From the NCBI GenBank assembly GCA_030649835.1, contig JAUSES010000029.1, positions 4,130-68,129 on the forward strand: a stretch of DNA of 64,000 nt. Direction: 5' to 3'. Shown here one piece after another: positions 49,219 to 58,799 of the stretch (the stretch's first letter is position 1; each line of letters opens with the position of its first letter). Under the pieces are notes generated by a model. The model worked only from the letters and a program-made list of their open reading frames with translations. It ran no database searches and was not told the DNA's origin. The DNA is from a bacterium. GTDB lineage: Bacteria; Patescibacteriota; Minisyncoccia; Phycocordibacterales; UBA1550. The position numbers were made by a program, and so were the translations under genes.

Positions 49219-50751
49219 ATGCAATTTTCAAAACTATTTTCTGCGCAAATAGTTGGTCTTGTCCCCCATATTGTTGAAGTTGATCTCTCCAAGGGGCTCA
49301 ACAATTTTTCTCTAGTGGGGCTTCCGAGTGCGTCGGTAGATGAGTCCCGCGACCGCGTGAGCGCTGCAGTCAAAAACTCTGGCTACGAATCACCAAAACA
49401 AAAAAATCAAAAAACAGTAATCTCCCTCGCGCCTGCCGAGCTCAAAAAAGAGGGCTCGCATTACGACCTCGCCATCGCACTCGCGTATCTTTTTGCATCC
49501 GGTGAAACAAACTTTGACCCCAAAGGGAAACTTTTTCTCGGCGAGCTCGCGCTGGACGGCACCCTTCGCCCCATTCACGGTGCTCTTCTCATTACCAACG
49601 CCGCAAAACAAGCCGGCTTCACAGAAATATTTTTACCAAAAGTGAATGCCGAGGAAGCCGCACTCGTAGAGGGGATAGTTGTGTATGGTGTGCGCAATCT
49701 CATTGAAGCACTGCACCACCTTGATAAAAAGATGAAATTTAATTTGACCGCGTTTGAGCGAACTGAAAAAACTCCACAGACAAATACAACAAACAAAACA
49801 AACGTTGATCTCTCGCACATCAAGGGACAAGAGTTTGCAAAACGCGCACTTGAAATAGCCGCCGCAGGCAATCACAACCTTGCTTTGTGGGGGCCACCAG
49901 GAACAGGGAAGACAATGCTCGCGCAGGCGTTTCCGCACTTGCTCCCCGATTTACAAAATGAACATTCGCTGGAGGTGACTGGTATTCACTCGGTCGCAGG
50001 AACACTCCGTGAAAACATTATGACGCGCCCGCCTCTTCGCGCGCCACATCACACTGCCTCGTACCCTGCGGTTATTGGCGGAGGAACCACACCAAAGCCG
50101 GGGGAGATTACACTCGCGCATCGCGGTGTGCTTTTTTTAGATGAATTTCCTGAGTTTGATAGGCGTGTCATTGAGTCACTTCGTGAGCCACTTGAAGAGG
50201 GGCACATTCGCATCACGCGTTCAAAAGGTCATGACACATTTCCTGCACGATTCATTTTGCTCGCCGCAATGAACCCATGCCCGTGTGGAAAATATGGAAG
50301 CGAAGAACGCTGTACCTGTATGCCCGGCACGCTCGCTTCATACACGCGGAAAATTTCTGGCCCCATTGTAGACCGCATTGAGCTTTGGGTAAAAGTTTCC
50401 CACATGAGCCACGATAAACTCTCACAAAAAAGTGCGAGTGAAAACACGGAGAGAGTTCGTGCGCGGATTGAATCTGCGCGCAAAGTACAACAAGCACGCT
50501 TCGCAAACCATTCGCGTAAGATTACGACCAATAGCGAAATGCGCGCAGATGATATTGAAACTTTTATACAACTCTCACCAAAACTTCGCACTCTTTTCAA
50601 TGCTTCCGCTGAACGCCTCAGGCTTTCCCCACGCGCACATCACAAAACCATCAAGGTCGCCCGCACCATTGCAGACCTCGACCAGTCTCCCGATATCCAA
50701 GAAAAACATCTCCTCGAAGCCTTTGCATATAGACCAACGGAGCTGAGGTAG
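49219..50751 (+). CDS. comM: YifB/ComM Mg-chelatase-like AAA+ ATPase
   Basis: GPPGTGKTML, PHHTAS, LAHRGVLFLDEFPEF, AMNPCPCG. Confidence 0.9.
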   Translation: MQFSKLFSAQIVGLVPHIVEVDLSKGLNNFSLVGLPSASVDESRDRVSAAVKNSGYESPKQKNQKTVISLAPAELKKEGSHYDLAIALAYLFASGETNFDPKGKLFLGELALDGTLRPIHGALLITNAAKQAGFTEIFLPKVNAEEAALVEGIVVYGVRNLIEALHHLDKKMKFNLTAFERTEKTPQTNTTNKTNVDLSHIKGQEFAKRALEIAAAGNHNLALWGPPGTGKTMLAQAFPHLLPDLQNEHSLEVTGIHSVAGTLRENIMTRPPLRAPHHTASYPAVIGGGTTPKPGEITLAHRGVLFLDEFPEFDRRVIESLREPLEEGHIRITRSKGHDTFPARFILLAAMNPCPCGKYGSEERCTCMPGTLASYTRKISGPIVDRIELWVKVSHMSHDKLSQKSASENTERVRARIESARKVQQARFANHSRKITTNSEMRADDIETFIQLSPKLRTLFNASAERLRLSPRAHHKTIKVARTIADLDQSPDIQEKHLLEAFAYRPTELR

Positions 50752-50900
50752 GGGAACGAGGGGGACACACGGGACAGGAAGAACGAAAAATATACGAAAC
50801 AACGCGCTGTCGCGTAGCGACTGCGCGCTTCTTCCCCGTGTGGGGTTCCCCTTGTGTGCCCCTGTTCTTCTTGTCCCAAATGTTTCCCCCCCCCCGCCCC

Positions 50901-51974
50901 CTAAAACGGATTCTTCGCTCCACGCACTTCAAAGTGCAAATGTGAACCACTAGATTTTCCTGTATTCCCCACCTCGCCAATAAATTGCCCCTTGTCCACG
51001 CGTCCACCCACTGCGGTAAATACAGTGCTCAAATGTCCATACAAAGTTTGTGTACCGTTTGGATGTTCAATCACAATATAGTTGCCATAGCCACCCCCAC
51101 ACGTTCGTCCACAAGCGCCTGTTTTAAACTTGCTTACAATCACAATACCTTCCGCCGAGGCATACACTGGAGTCCCCCTCGGTGCGCCATAGTCCACACC
51201 ATTGTATCCATGAATCCCCTGTGTCTTGTGTCCCAAAGGAACTGGGTGAGCATAGTATCCATTATATGCAGGATATGAAGCAATAGTACGAGAGCGACTT
51301 CCACTTGTGGTGCTTCCTGATGTTGTTGGCACTACTACCTCAGCTCCATTTGGCACAATGACAATATCTCCCACAGAAAGTTTTTCTGTCGCAGTCATGT
51401 CGTTAAATTCAAGAATTTCTGCCATATCTCCTTTGTATTTCTTTGCAATACTCTGAAGTGTGTCTCCTTTTTGTACCGTGTGCTGAACGCCGTCAATTGG
51501 TAAAACAACAAGGTGCTGACCGTCACGAAGCGTAGCCCCTCGAGAAAGGTCGTTTGCCCAAAGAATAGTGTTGACTGACACCCCAAACATTTTCGCCACC
51601 TGAGCTATCGTGTCCCCAGAACGAACAACGTAGAGACTTACTTTACCCTGATGATCTCCTTGCTCCACGTCAGCGAGGGTTCCGGATGGTCCTGTTTCTG
51701 AAAGGAGGGCGCTGTCGTCCACAACAGTAATATCGCCACCTCCTTTTGCGGGATTTGGGTCAAAATTAACCGCCCCTTCCAAAAGGCTAATTGTCTGCGA
51801 ATTCTGCGCCTCAGAACGCACCGCCAAAACAGCTGTATTATTTGACTTCTTTTCAGATAAATAGAAAAAACCCCTAGCCTCTACTACGGCAAGGGGGGCG
51901 AGGAGCCCAAAAATAACAGACAAAAGAAAAACTAAGGTGCTCAAAAACCCGCCGAAAGTCGCGCCCTTTTGCAT
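50901..51974 (-). CDS. LysM x2 plus M23 peptidase
   Basis: YVVRSGDTI, HTVQKGDTL, HGYNGVD, YGHL, HLHFEV. Confidence 0.92.
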   Translation of the reverse strand: MQKGATFGGFLSTLVFLLSVIFGLLAPLAVVEARGFFYLSEKKSNNTAVLAVRSEAQNSQTISLLEGAVNFDPNPAKGGGDITVVDDSALLSETGPSGTLADVEQGDHQGKVSLYVVRSGDTIAQVAKMFGVSVNTILWANDLSRGATLRDGQHLVVLPIDGVQHTVQKGDTLQSIAKKYKGDMAEILEFNDMTATEKLSVGDIVIVPNGAEVVVPTTSGSTTSGSRSRTIASYPAYNGYYAHPVPLGHKTQGIHGYNGVDYGAPRGTPVYASAEGIVIVSKFKTGACGRTCGGGYGNYIVIEHPNGTQTLYGHLSTVFTAVGGRVDKGQFIGEVGNTGKSSGSHLHFEVRGAKNPF

Positions 51975-52215
51975 GGTTACCTCTGCTTTTATTCCAGCTT
52001 TCCTCGAGATGGAAAGACCAAAAATAGTCCACCACGACTTTTTTCGGGTAAACCTTGAAAAATATGAGTATTTCGCCCGGACTGCTTTCTTTTGCCCTCG
52101 TCCGAGGTCCTGTAATTTTGTAGAAATAGGTCTATATAATAGGTGCCGTTCGGTCGTACGGTCAGGTCGGGAAAAGTCGTGTTTTCTGTGAACCTGGGGC
52201 CAATCCCCATGGTTA

Positions 52216-52404
52216 AGGGTCGGTCCAAGATTTAATGTCTAGCAAAAACTTTAAAATTTACTGCGAAAATCATGAATCTCGAGGAGGCATATATCATATG
52301 CTGACAAGAGATTGATGATTTGCAGCGGAAATTTTAGGGTTTTGGCAGACAAACAAGCGCAAGCTGTATCTTTATGCCCTGTGTTTAAATCTTGGACCGA
52401 CCCT
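52216..52404. mobile_element. 189-bp MITE-like element with perfect 20-bp terminal inverted repeats
   Basis: AGGGTCGGTCCAAGATTTAA ... TTAAATCTTGGACCGACCCT; internal long hairpin. Confidence 0.7.
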
Positions 52405-52553
52405 GTTTAACGATAGCATAAATCATTACTGAAAAGGAGGGCTCTGGGGATATGTTGTGGACAACTTTTGGGTCGAAAATCCCTTGACTTTTCTATATAT
52501 TCTTGGCATAATTCTATGTACATAAACACAAGCTTGTGTAATAATTCAAACTA

Positions 52554-55064
52554 ATGAACAACTCAAAAGAAACATTTGAATTTAAACCTCATCTGCAAGA
52601 AATTTCTGATGTAGAAGTCATCGGCACCCCTTCAACATTGGACTCAACAAACCCAAATAAGCCTGCGGAAGCAGCGAGCTACGGCATGGGTGCCCACTTT
52701 GAAAAGGCAGGAATCACAGCAGCAAGCTTTCCTGCTGAAAAACCAGAGGCGCCTGTCGCCTCTGCGGCAAACGAGACTTTTGAAAAAGGCACGGCCGGGA
52801 CAGTGAACGAGAATAAGGCTCCTCGCGGTGGAAGAGGGACAAAAGGGGCGCCAGATGAAATCAAAGAAGCTATTGAGGAGGCACAGAAAATAGAAGTCAA
52901 AATTGACCACGATTTTGCAAAACTAAAGAAGCACAAGGATGATCTCGTTCGTACGCTCGCCAAACTTCACCTTCAAGAAACTGAGGCCCTGAGGCGTGGG
53001 GTTTCTCTTGATCTTCAAAAAAAACTACGAGGCAAGGTAGATAGAGCTCAAGCAAGCCTTGATAAAATAAATGGCATTCTTCCAAAGACAACAGAAAATG
53101 GTGCGCCGAGCGAACATCAGGCTATTTTAAAAATAGTTGAAGATTATAGAAAAAATAAAGATGTCCTTAAAAAACTTTATTCAAAAATAGGAAAGGCAGA
53201 AAACGACCTTAAGAAAAAGCCGGGGGACGGCAGGATACAAGGAGAGGAAAATCGCGCTCAAGCAGAAAAGGCAATCGTGGAAACAAACCTTGCAAAAATT
53301 GCAGCCGATGCTGAGCAACTACTTGCAAAAACAGAGGCTCCATCGCTTTCAGAAGAGGCGGGGCTTTCATACACACACGCACAAGCTGTTGCCGACCGCA
53401 AGGAATGGGAAGAGCGTCACAAAAATGCGCAGGCAGATGCCGTGCTTGAATCAGTGCCAGCAGAGAATGAAATTGAGTTTGAGTCACAAGCAGTAGAAAA
53501 ATCAGCACAAGAAAACTACGCGGAGGGGTGGGAGCGTATTTGGGGTAAAAAAGAAACAGAAAAAAACAATTCAGAAATTCCCACCCTTACCGAGGTGGTT
53601 GAGGAGCCAATTGCAAAATTTGAATTGTCCGAAAGAGCGCGAAGTGGTCTCAACCCTGAACAACTAGAACTTTTTGAGAAGGTGCAGGAAGGAATTTCTA
53701 ATGCGGAAAAATCCGCCACAGAGCAAGTAAAAAAAGCAGGGATGCCAGAAAAAATGTTGGGTCTTTTACGCAAAGGTGGGGAGTCATATTCAAAGTTGCC
53801 ACTAAAAACAAAACTTCTTGTTTCTATAGCACTCTTTGGAGTAGCGTGGGCAGCAGGCGGAACCATTGCGAGCGTAGCAATAGGAGGTTCTGCTATCCAG
53901 CGCGCCCTCGGTGGTATGGCAACATTTGTCGCAGCAGAAGGGGCATTGAAAGCAAGTGCGGAAAAGGGTGGGGGTGGGCGTGGAAAATTTGAAAAATCTC
54001 GACACACCGCGGAAGCTCTGCTTGCCGGGTTCCTCGTTGGAGGTGGGGCACTCGGTCTTGCTATCAATAATGCTTTGGCTGAAGGACTCCCTTCTCATGA
54101 AACAGCAACCGCGCCTGTGGAAACTGATGCTGAAAAAATTGAAAAGTTGCGATCAGAAATAATGCCTAAAGCAAATCTTGCAGCGCTTGATACTGCACCA
54201 AATACTGACTACACTGCTGTCGCAGAGGCAGGGGATTCTCGTTGGACTCTCGTGGGCGAGGCCCTTGCCAAGGGCCCTTACGAAAAGGAGTTCAGTCTTC
54301 TTCCTCAAGGTCAGCAGGAATACGTCATTGATGCAATCAAGGATAAACTTACTGCGGGAATGACCGCGGAACAAGCGAATATGCTGAACGTAGGAGATGA
54401 AATTGATTTCAAAGAAATTTTTGCAGACAAGGATTTCATAGAGAAAACGTTTGCTGATGCGCAAAACCTCAGCACGCCGGAGCTCGAAAATATTGCGAAT
54501 TACAATCCTGATGAAGTTGCAGATGCGCCCACGGTTAAGGAAATTTTTGAACCTAAAGTAATGGATTTTTCTCCCCACGGTGCGCTTGAGGGGTCATCTT
54601 CTCCAGTACCAACAATTCCATCAGAAATTCTTCCGGGAGATCCTCCAAAAATTATAGAAAACTTCTCTCTTGAAAACCTTTCTACTCCAGATGCTCCCAC
54701 GCTAACTGAAAATCTAGCTTCAATATCTCCTATTTTTACGCCGAGCGATCCACAGATTCTTATTTACGCAAAAGAGGTAACAGACAATAATATACAATCA
54801 GTTTTTGGTAAGGTGGGTGGGTTTCTTGGATTTGGTTCTTCAGACGGGCAAGAAATATTTAAAAACTTTGCCGACAAGCCGGTTGACCAATTTATTGGAA
54901 CGAAGGCTCCGTCAGTACTTACTGTGGATGAAGGAAAAATGAAAGAACTAATTGAAAAATCAGTTGAGCAGACGCATGTCAAATCAATGCCTGGAGAAAA
55001 GGTTGTGGATTATTTAAACCGCTCTGCAGCAATCAACATTGAAAGGTTCACAAAAAACGGTTAA
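52554..55064 (+). CDS. Large hypothetical protein (coiled coil, central TM, LysM-like segment)
   Basis: 836-aa ORF; AEAGDSRWTL resembles a degenerate LysM. Confidence 0.75.
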   Translation: MNNSKETFEFKPHLQEISDVEVIGTPSTLDSTNPNKPAEAASYGMGAHFEKAGITAASFPAEKPEAPVASAANETFEKGTAGTVNENKAPRGGRGTKGAPDEIKEAIEEAQKIEVKIDHDFAKLKKHKDDLVRTLAKLHLQETEALRRGVSLDLQKKLRGKVDRAQASLDKINGILPKTTENGAPSEHQAILKIVEDYRKNKDVLKKLYSKIGKAENDLKKKPGDGRIQGEENRAQAEKAIVETNLAKIAADAEQLLAKTEAPSLSEEAGLSYTHAQAVADRKEWEERHKNAQADAVLESVPAENEIEFESQAVEKSAQENYAEGWERIWGKKETEKNNSEIPTLTEVVEEPIAKFELSERARSGLNPEQLELFEKVQEGISNAEKSATEQVKKAGMPEKMLGLLRKGGESYSKLPLKTKLLVSIALFGVAWAAGGTIASVAIGGSAIQRALGGMATFVAAEGALKASAEKGGGGRGKFEKSRHTAEALLAGFLVGGGALGLAINNALAEGLPSHETATAPVETDAEKIEKLRSEIMPKANLAALDTAPNTDYTAVAEAGDSRWTLVGEALAKGPYEKEFSLLPQGQQEYVIDAIKDKLTAGMTAEQANMLNVGDEIDFKEIFADKDFIEKTFADAQNLSTPELENIANYNPDEVADAPTVKEIFEPKVMDFSPHGALEGSSSPVPTIPSEILPGDPPKIIENFSLENLSTPDAPTLTENLASISPIFTPSDPQILIYAKEVTDNNIQSVFGKVGGFLGFGSSDGQEIFKNFADKPVDQFIGTKAPSVLTVDEGKMKELIEKSVEQTHVKSMPGEKVVDYLNRSAAINIERFTKNG

Positions 55065-55076
55065 TATTACACAAAC

Positions 55077-55254
55077 ATGAATCCCGTTAGAGATGAAAGC
55101 GTTATGTTTTTGTCACCAATAGGATATACTGAAGCTATTACTATTAACAGATTGATATAATAAGGATACGGAAACTTGTCCCGTTAGAAGCCGCGAGAGA
55201 ATCGCAACGCTGAGTTGCTTCTAACGGGATAAATTTCCTATCTCTAACGGGATG
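55077..55254 (+). mobile_element. Start-codon-associated miniature element, copy 4, with a nested ~50-bp related copy
   Basis: ATGAATCCCGTTAGAG...TACGGAAA[CCCGTTAGAAG...CTTCTAACGGG]..TTTCCTATCTCTAACGGG then ATG 55252. Confidence 0.8.
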
Positions 55255-55584
55255 AATAACACAGAACTCAGAGAAATTTTAATAAAAGAACTTGGCATTG
55301 AGGGACTGCCCGAGGAAGCGCAGGATGAAATCGTGGGCAAGCTTGGGGAGATTATTTTGAAGTCGCTTACGGTTGCGATTTTTGACAAGCTTTCTGGCGA
55401 GGCGCGAGAGGAATTTGAGCGCATTAGTGAAGCGGGGGATTCTGATTTGATTCAGGAATTTCTTGAAAAAAGTGTTCCAGACTTACATCTTCTTATGGAA
55501 GAGGAGGTCAAAAAAACGCTAAATAACTTTGCAGACAAGGGTGCGAGCGGAGAGGAGAGACCAAAAGAAAGGGGAGAGATATAG
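55252..55584 (+). CDS. DUF5663-like small helical protein
   Basis: ELGIEGLPEEAQDEIV...L.DKLS.E, a CPR-type family recognised from memory. Confidence 0.7.
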   Translation: MNNTELREILIKELGIEGLPEEAQDEIVGKLGEIILKSLTVAIFDKLSGEAREEFERISEAGDSDLIQEFLEKSVPDLHLLMEEEVKKTLNNFADKGASGEERPKERGEI

Positions 55585-55666
55585 AGTCAGCACAAAAAAG
55601 AAACAGATGCCTCGCCAAAACTTTGGCGAGGCATCTGTTTCTTTTTTGTGCTAAAGTAGCTACACC

Positions 55667-57610
55667 ATGGAACACCTCGCTCATCTAAATGAAAAACAAA
55701 AAGAGGCGGCGATGCACAAAAATGGCCCTCTTCTCATCATTGCAGGTGCGGGAACTGGCAAGACGAGCACACTCACGCACCGTATTTTAAATCTCGTAAA
55801 GGAAGGTATTGCGCCGAGCGAAATACTCGCCATCACCTTTACCAACAAAGCCGCAAAAGAAATGGGCGACCGCGTAAGTGAGCTTTTTTTGAAACACGGT
55901 TTTGATGCCGGCGTACGCTACGGCGACGCGCGTCCCTTCATTGGCACGTTTCACTCTCTTGGCGTGCACATTCTCCGTGCGCATGCGCAGGTGTTTGGGC
56001 TCACAAAACATTTCACTATTGTAGACAAAAATAGCGCAAGCTCGCTTATCAAGGAGGCGATGAAGGAGCAGGGGCTGGATTCAAAACAGTTTCCTCCGGA
56101 CCGCATTGCGGGCGTCATCTCTCGGCAAAAGGGCGCGCTTGTTACGCTTGCTCAATATAAAAGCGATGTGGGAAATGCGTACTTCCCGATGATTGTTTCC
56201 GCTGTATGGGAGCGCTATGAGCGTCTCCTCGCACGCGAAAGCGCGCTTGATTTTGATGATCTTATTTTAAAAACAGTAATCCTTCTTCGTGACCACGCTG
56301 AAATCCGCCGTGCATATCAATCACGCTGGAAGTACGTTCATATCGATGAATACCAAGACACCAACGCAGTGCAGTATGAAATGGCGCGCTTGCTCGCGGG
56401 TGAAACAATGAACATTTGCGCGGTGGGGGACGGCGACCAAAACATTTACAGCTGGCGTGGCGCAAACCTTCAAAACATTTTGAATTTTGAAAATGACTAC
56501 AAGGGCGCACAGACAATTCTTCTCGAGGAAAATTATCGCTCTACACAAACCATTCTCGCTGCTGCAAACGACATTATCAAAAAAAACACGGTACGTAAAG
56601 AAAAAAATCTTTTTACCAGAAATGCAGAGGGCGACAAAATTTCTCTCATTGAAAGCTACGATGAAGGGGGCGAGGCGCGCACCGTAGGAGAAAAAATAAA
56701 ACACCTAATAGACAGTGGCACCGACCCAGAAGCTATTGCCGTGCTCTACCGTGCAAACTTTCAATCCCGCGCACTTGAAGAAGCGTTTCTTATGATGGAG
56801 ATACCGTACCAAGTCCTTGGTGTTCGTTTTTTTGAACGTAAAGAAGTGAAGGATGTTTTATCTTTCATTCGCGCGGCTCTCAACCCCGAAAGTCTGTCGG
56901 ATATCAAGCGCATTATTGATTCACCTCCGCGCGGTATCGGAAAAGCGACCCTCATGAAAATGTTTGCAAAAGACGAAGCGAGCCTCACGCCCGCTGCCCA
57001 AAAGCGCGTGAAGGAATTTTGGGCACTTCTAGAGTCAATCAAGGAATTCGCTCTTGTAGAAAAAACCTCCAATCTTATTAAATTTGTTTCTGAAAAATCA
57101 GGACTTGAGACATCTCTCAAGACAGGGACCGACGAGGACAATGACCGTCTTGAAAATATTCACGAGCTCGTAACGCTCGCCACAAAGTACGACTTTCTCC
57201 CACCAGAAGAGGCAGTGGAAAAACTTTTGGGAGATGCAGCTCTCGCAAGCGACCAAGACTCAATGATGAAAAGCTCCCGTGCAGTCAAAATGATGACGGT
57301 GCACGCTGCAAAAGGCCTTGAATTCCCTTACGTATTTGTGACAGGGTTGGAGCAAGATTTGTTTCCGCACAAACGCATGGGGCCAGGAACTGGCTCAAAA
57401 GAAGACAGCGAGGAGGAGCGCCGGCTTTTTTATGTGGCTATCACGCGCGCAAAGAAAAAACTTTATCTTTCGTACGCATCCGTACGCACTATTTTCGGAC
57501 AGCGCCAGGTAAATGCTCCGTCAGAATTCCTATCCGACATCGACGACGCTCACACCGAGCACGAAGTTGGCAACACCGACAACGAGCCGGTGATTAATAT
57601 CAGCTGGTAA
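55667..57610 (+). CDS. pcrA: ATP-dependent DNA helicase PcrA/UvrD
   Basis: AGAGTGKT, TFTNKAA, DEYQDTN, LEENYRS, HAAKGLEF, EERRLFYVAITRA. Confidence 0.95.
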   Translation: MEHLAHLNEKQKEAAMHKNGPLLIIAGAGTGKTSTLTHRILNLVKEGIAPSEILAITFTNKAAKEMGDRVSELFLKHGFDAGVRYGDARPFIGTFHSLGVHILRAHAQVFGLTKHFTIVDKNSASSLIKEAMKEQGLDSKQFPPDRIAGVISRQKGALVTLAQYKSDVGNAYFPMIVSAVWERYERLLARESALDFDDLILKTVILLRDHAEIRRAYQSRWKYVHIDEYQDTNAVQYEMARLLAGETMNICAVGDGDQNIYSWRGANLQNILNFENDYKGAQTILLEENYRSTQTILAAANDIIKKNTVRKEKNLFTRNAEGDKISLIESYDEGGEARTVGEKIKHLIDSGTDPEAIAVLYRANFQSRALEEAFLMMEIPYQVLGVRFFERKEVKDVLSFIRAALNPESLSDIKRIIDSPPRGIGKATLMKMFAKDEASLTPAAQKRVKEFWALLESIKEFALVEKTSNLIKFVSEKSGLETSLKTGTDEDNDRLENIHELVTLATKYDFLPPEEAVEKLLGDAALASDQDSMMKSSRAVKMMTVHAAKGLEFPYVFVTGLEQDLFPHKRMGPGTGSKEDSEEERRLFYVAITRAKKKLYLSYASVRTIFGQRQVNAPSEFLSDIDDAHTEHEVGNTDNEPVINISW

Positions 57611-57614
57611 ATAA

Positions 57615-57788
57615 TAGACCTCCTTCAAAAGTCGTAATCTTACCACCGAGTGTCTTTATCTGTCTTTGCGAGAAGGTACCCCGACGTGGCAATCTACAGG
57701 TTATTCCTGGATGCTTCTGAATCAGCAGATTCACGTCTTGGACGCAAGCCTCGCAAAGACACGAGGAAGGACTTTTGAAAGAGGTCTA
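57615..57788. mobile_element. Palindromic MITE-like element with nested REP-type repeats
   Basis: TAGACCTCCTTCAAAAGTC ... GACTTTTGAAAGAGGTCTA; inner GTCTTTGCGAG...CTCGCAAAGAC. Confidence 0.65.
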
Positions 57789-57929
57789 ATATTTACAATT
57801 TTGTGCTTCCTCTACCATGTCTTCGCACATACATCCCAGCAATAGAACGCTATAGCGTTCTATTGCGCGGAGGAGATTTTTATAAAATATTGTGGTTTTT
57901 GAAGGGTGGTTGGTATACTCATAACATCT

Positions 57930-58799
57930 ATGGTTTATGCGAAAAAATCACTGGGGCAGAATTTTTTAAATTCGAAAACTGTTGCACGTGACATTGTGCG
58001 GGCAGGGGAACTTTTGCCTACCGACACCGTACTTGAGATCGGCCCAGGGAAGGGGTTTCTTACAGTCGAGCTTCTTGCGACGGGGGCCCGTGTGGTTGCA
58101 GTAGAAAAAGACGACAGAATGATACCAATACTTCAGGAAAAGTTTGCAAATGAGATCAAAAAAGGCCAACTTTCGCTCATTAATGCTGATATCATGGATG
58201 TTTTTCAAAATAAAGGACCGTCCTTTATTTTTGGGGCAAAGAAGGAGAAAATAAAGGACGGTCCTTTATTTGAATACAAACTTGTGGCTAATATTCCATA
58301 CTATTTAACAGGACAAATTATTCGCACATTTTTAGAAGCGGGAAAAAAGCCCGAGCGAATGATCTTGATGCTCCAAAAAGAAGTAGCAACACGCATCGTT
58401 GCACGCGACAAAAAAGAAAGCATCCTTTCCATCGCGGTAAAAGCCTATGGCACACCAAAGCTTATAAAAAAGGTCCCTGCGCGCTACTTTACTCCCTCAC
58501 CAAAGGTTGACTCTGCTATTCTTGCTATTTTAAATATTTCAGGAAAACATTTTCTCGACAAAAAATCGGAGGAACATTTTTTTGAAATTGTTCGCGCTGG
58601 CTTTGCTCACAAAAGAAAATTCCTTGCAGGAAATTTAAAGGAATTTTTTAAAGAAAAAACGGCAGATATTCTCAAAGGTGCAAATATTTCAGAAACTGCG
58701 CGAGCAGAAAACCTCACTCTGGAAAATTGGCTCGCTATTGCGAAACGAAGTCCACGGGCACACCAGTGTCTGAAGACAAGGATGTCCCCGCGGTCATAA
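57930..58799 (+). CDS. rsmA: 16S rRNA dimethyladenosine transferase RsmA/KsgA
   Basis: KKSLGQNFL, LEIGPGKG, VANIPY, QKEVA.R, PKVDS. Confidence 0.96.
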   Translation: MVYAKKSLGQNFLNSKTVARDIVRAGELLPTDTVLEIGPGKGFLTVELLATGARVVAVEKDDRMIPILQEKFANEIKKGQLSLINADIMDVFQNKGPSFIFGAKKEKIKDGPLFEYKLVANIPYYLTGQIIRTFLEAGKKPERMILMLQKEVATRIVARDKKESILSIAVKAYGTPKLIKKVPARYFTPSPKVDSAILAILNISGKHFLDKKSEEHFFEIVRAGFAHKRKFLAGNLKEFFKEKTADILKGANISETARAENLTLENWLAIAKRSPRAHQCLKTRMSPRS

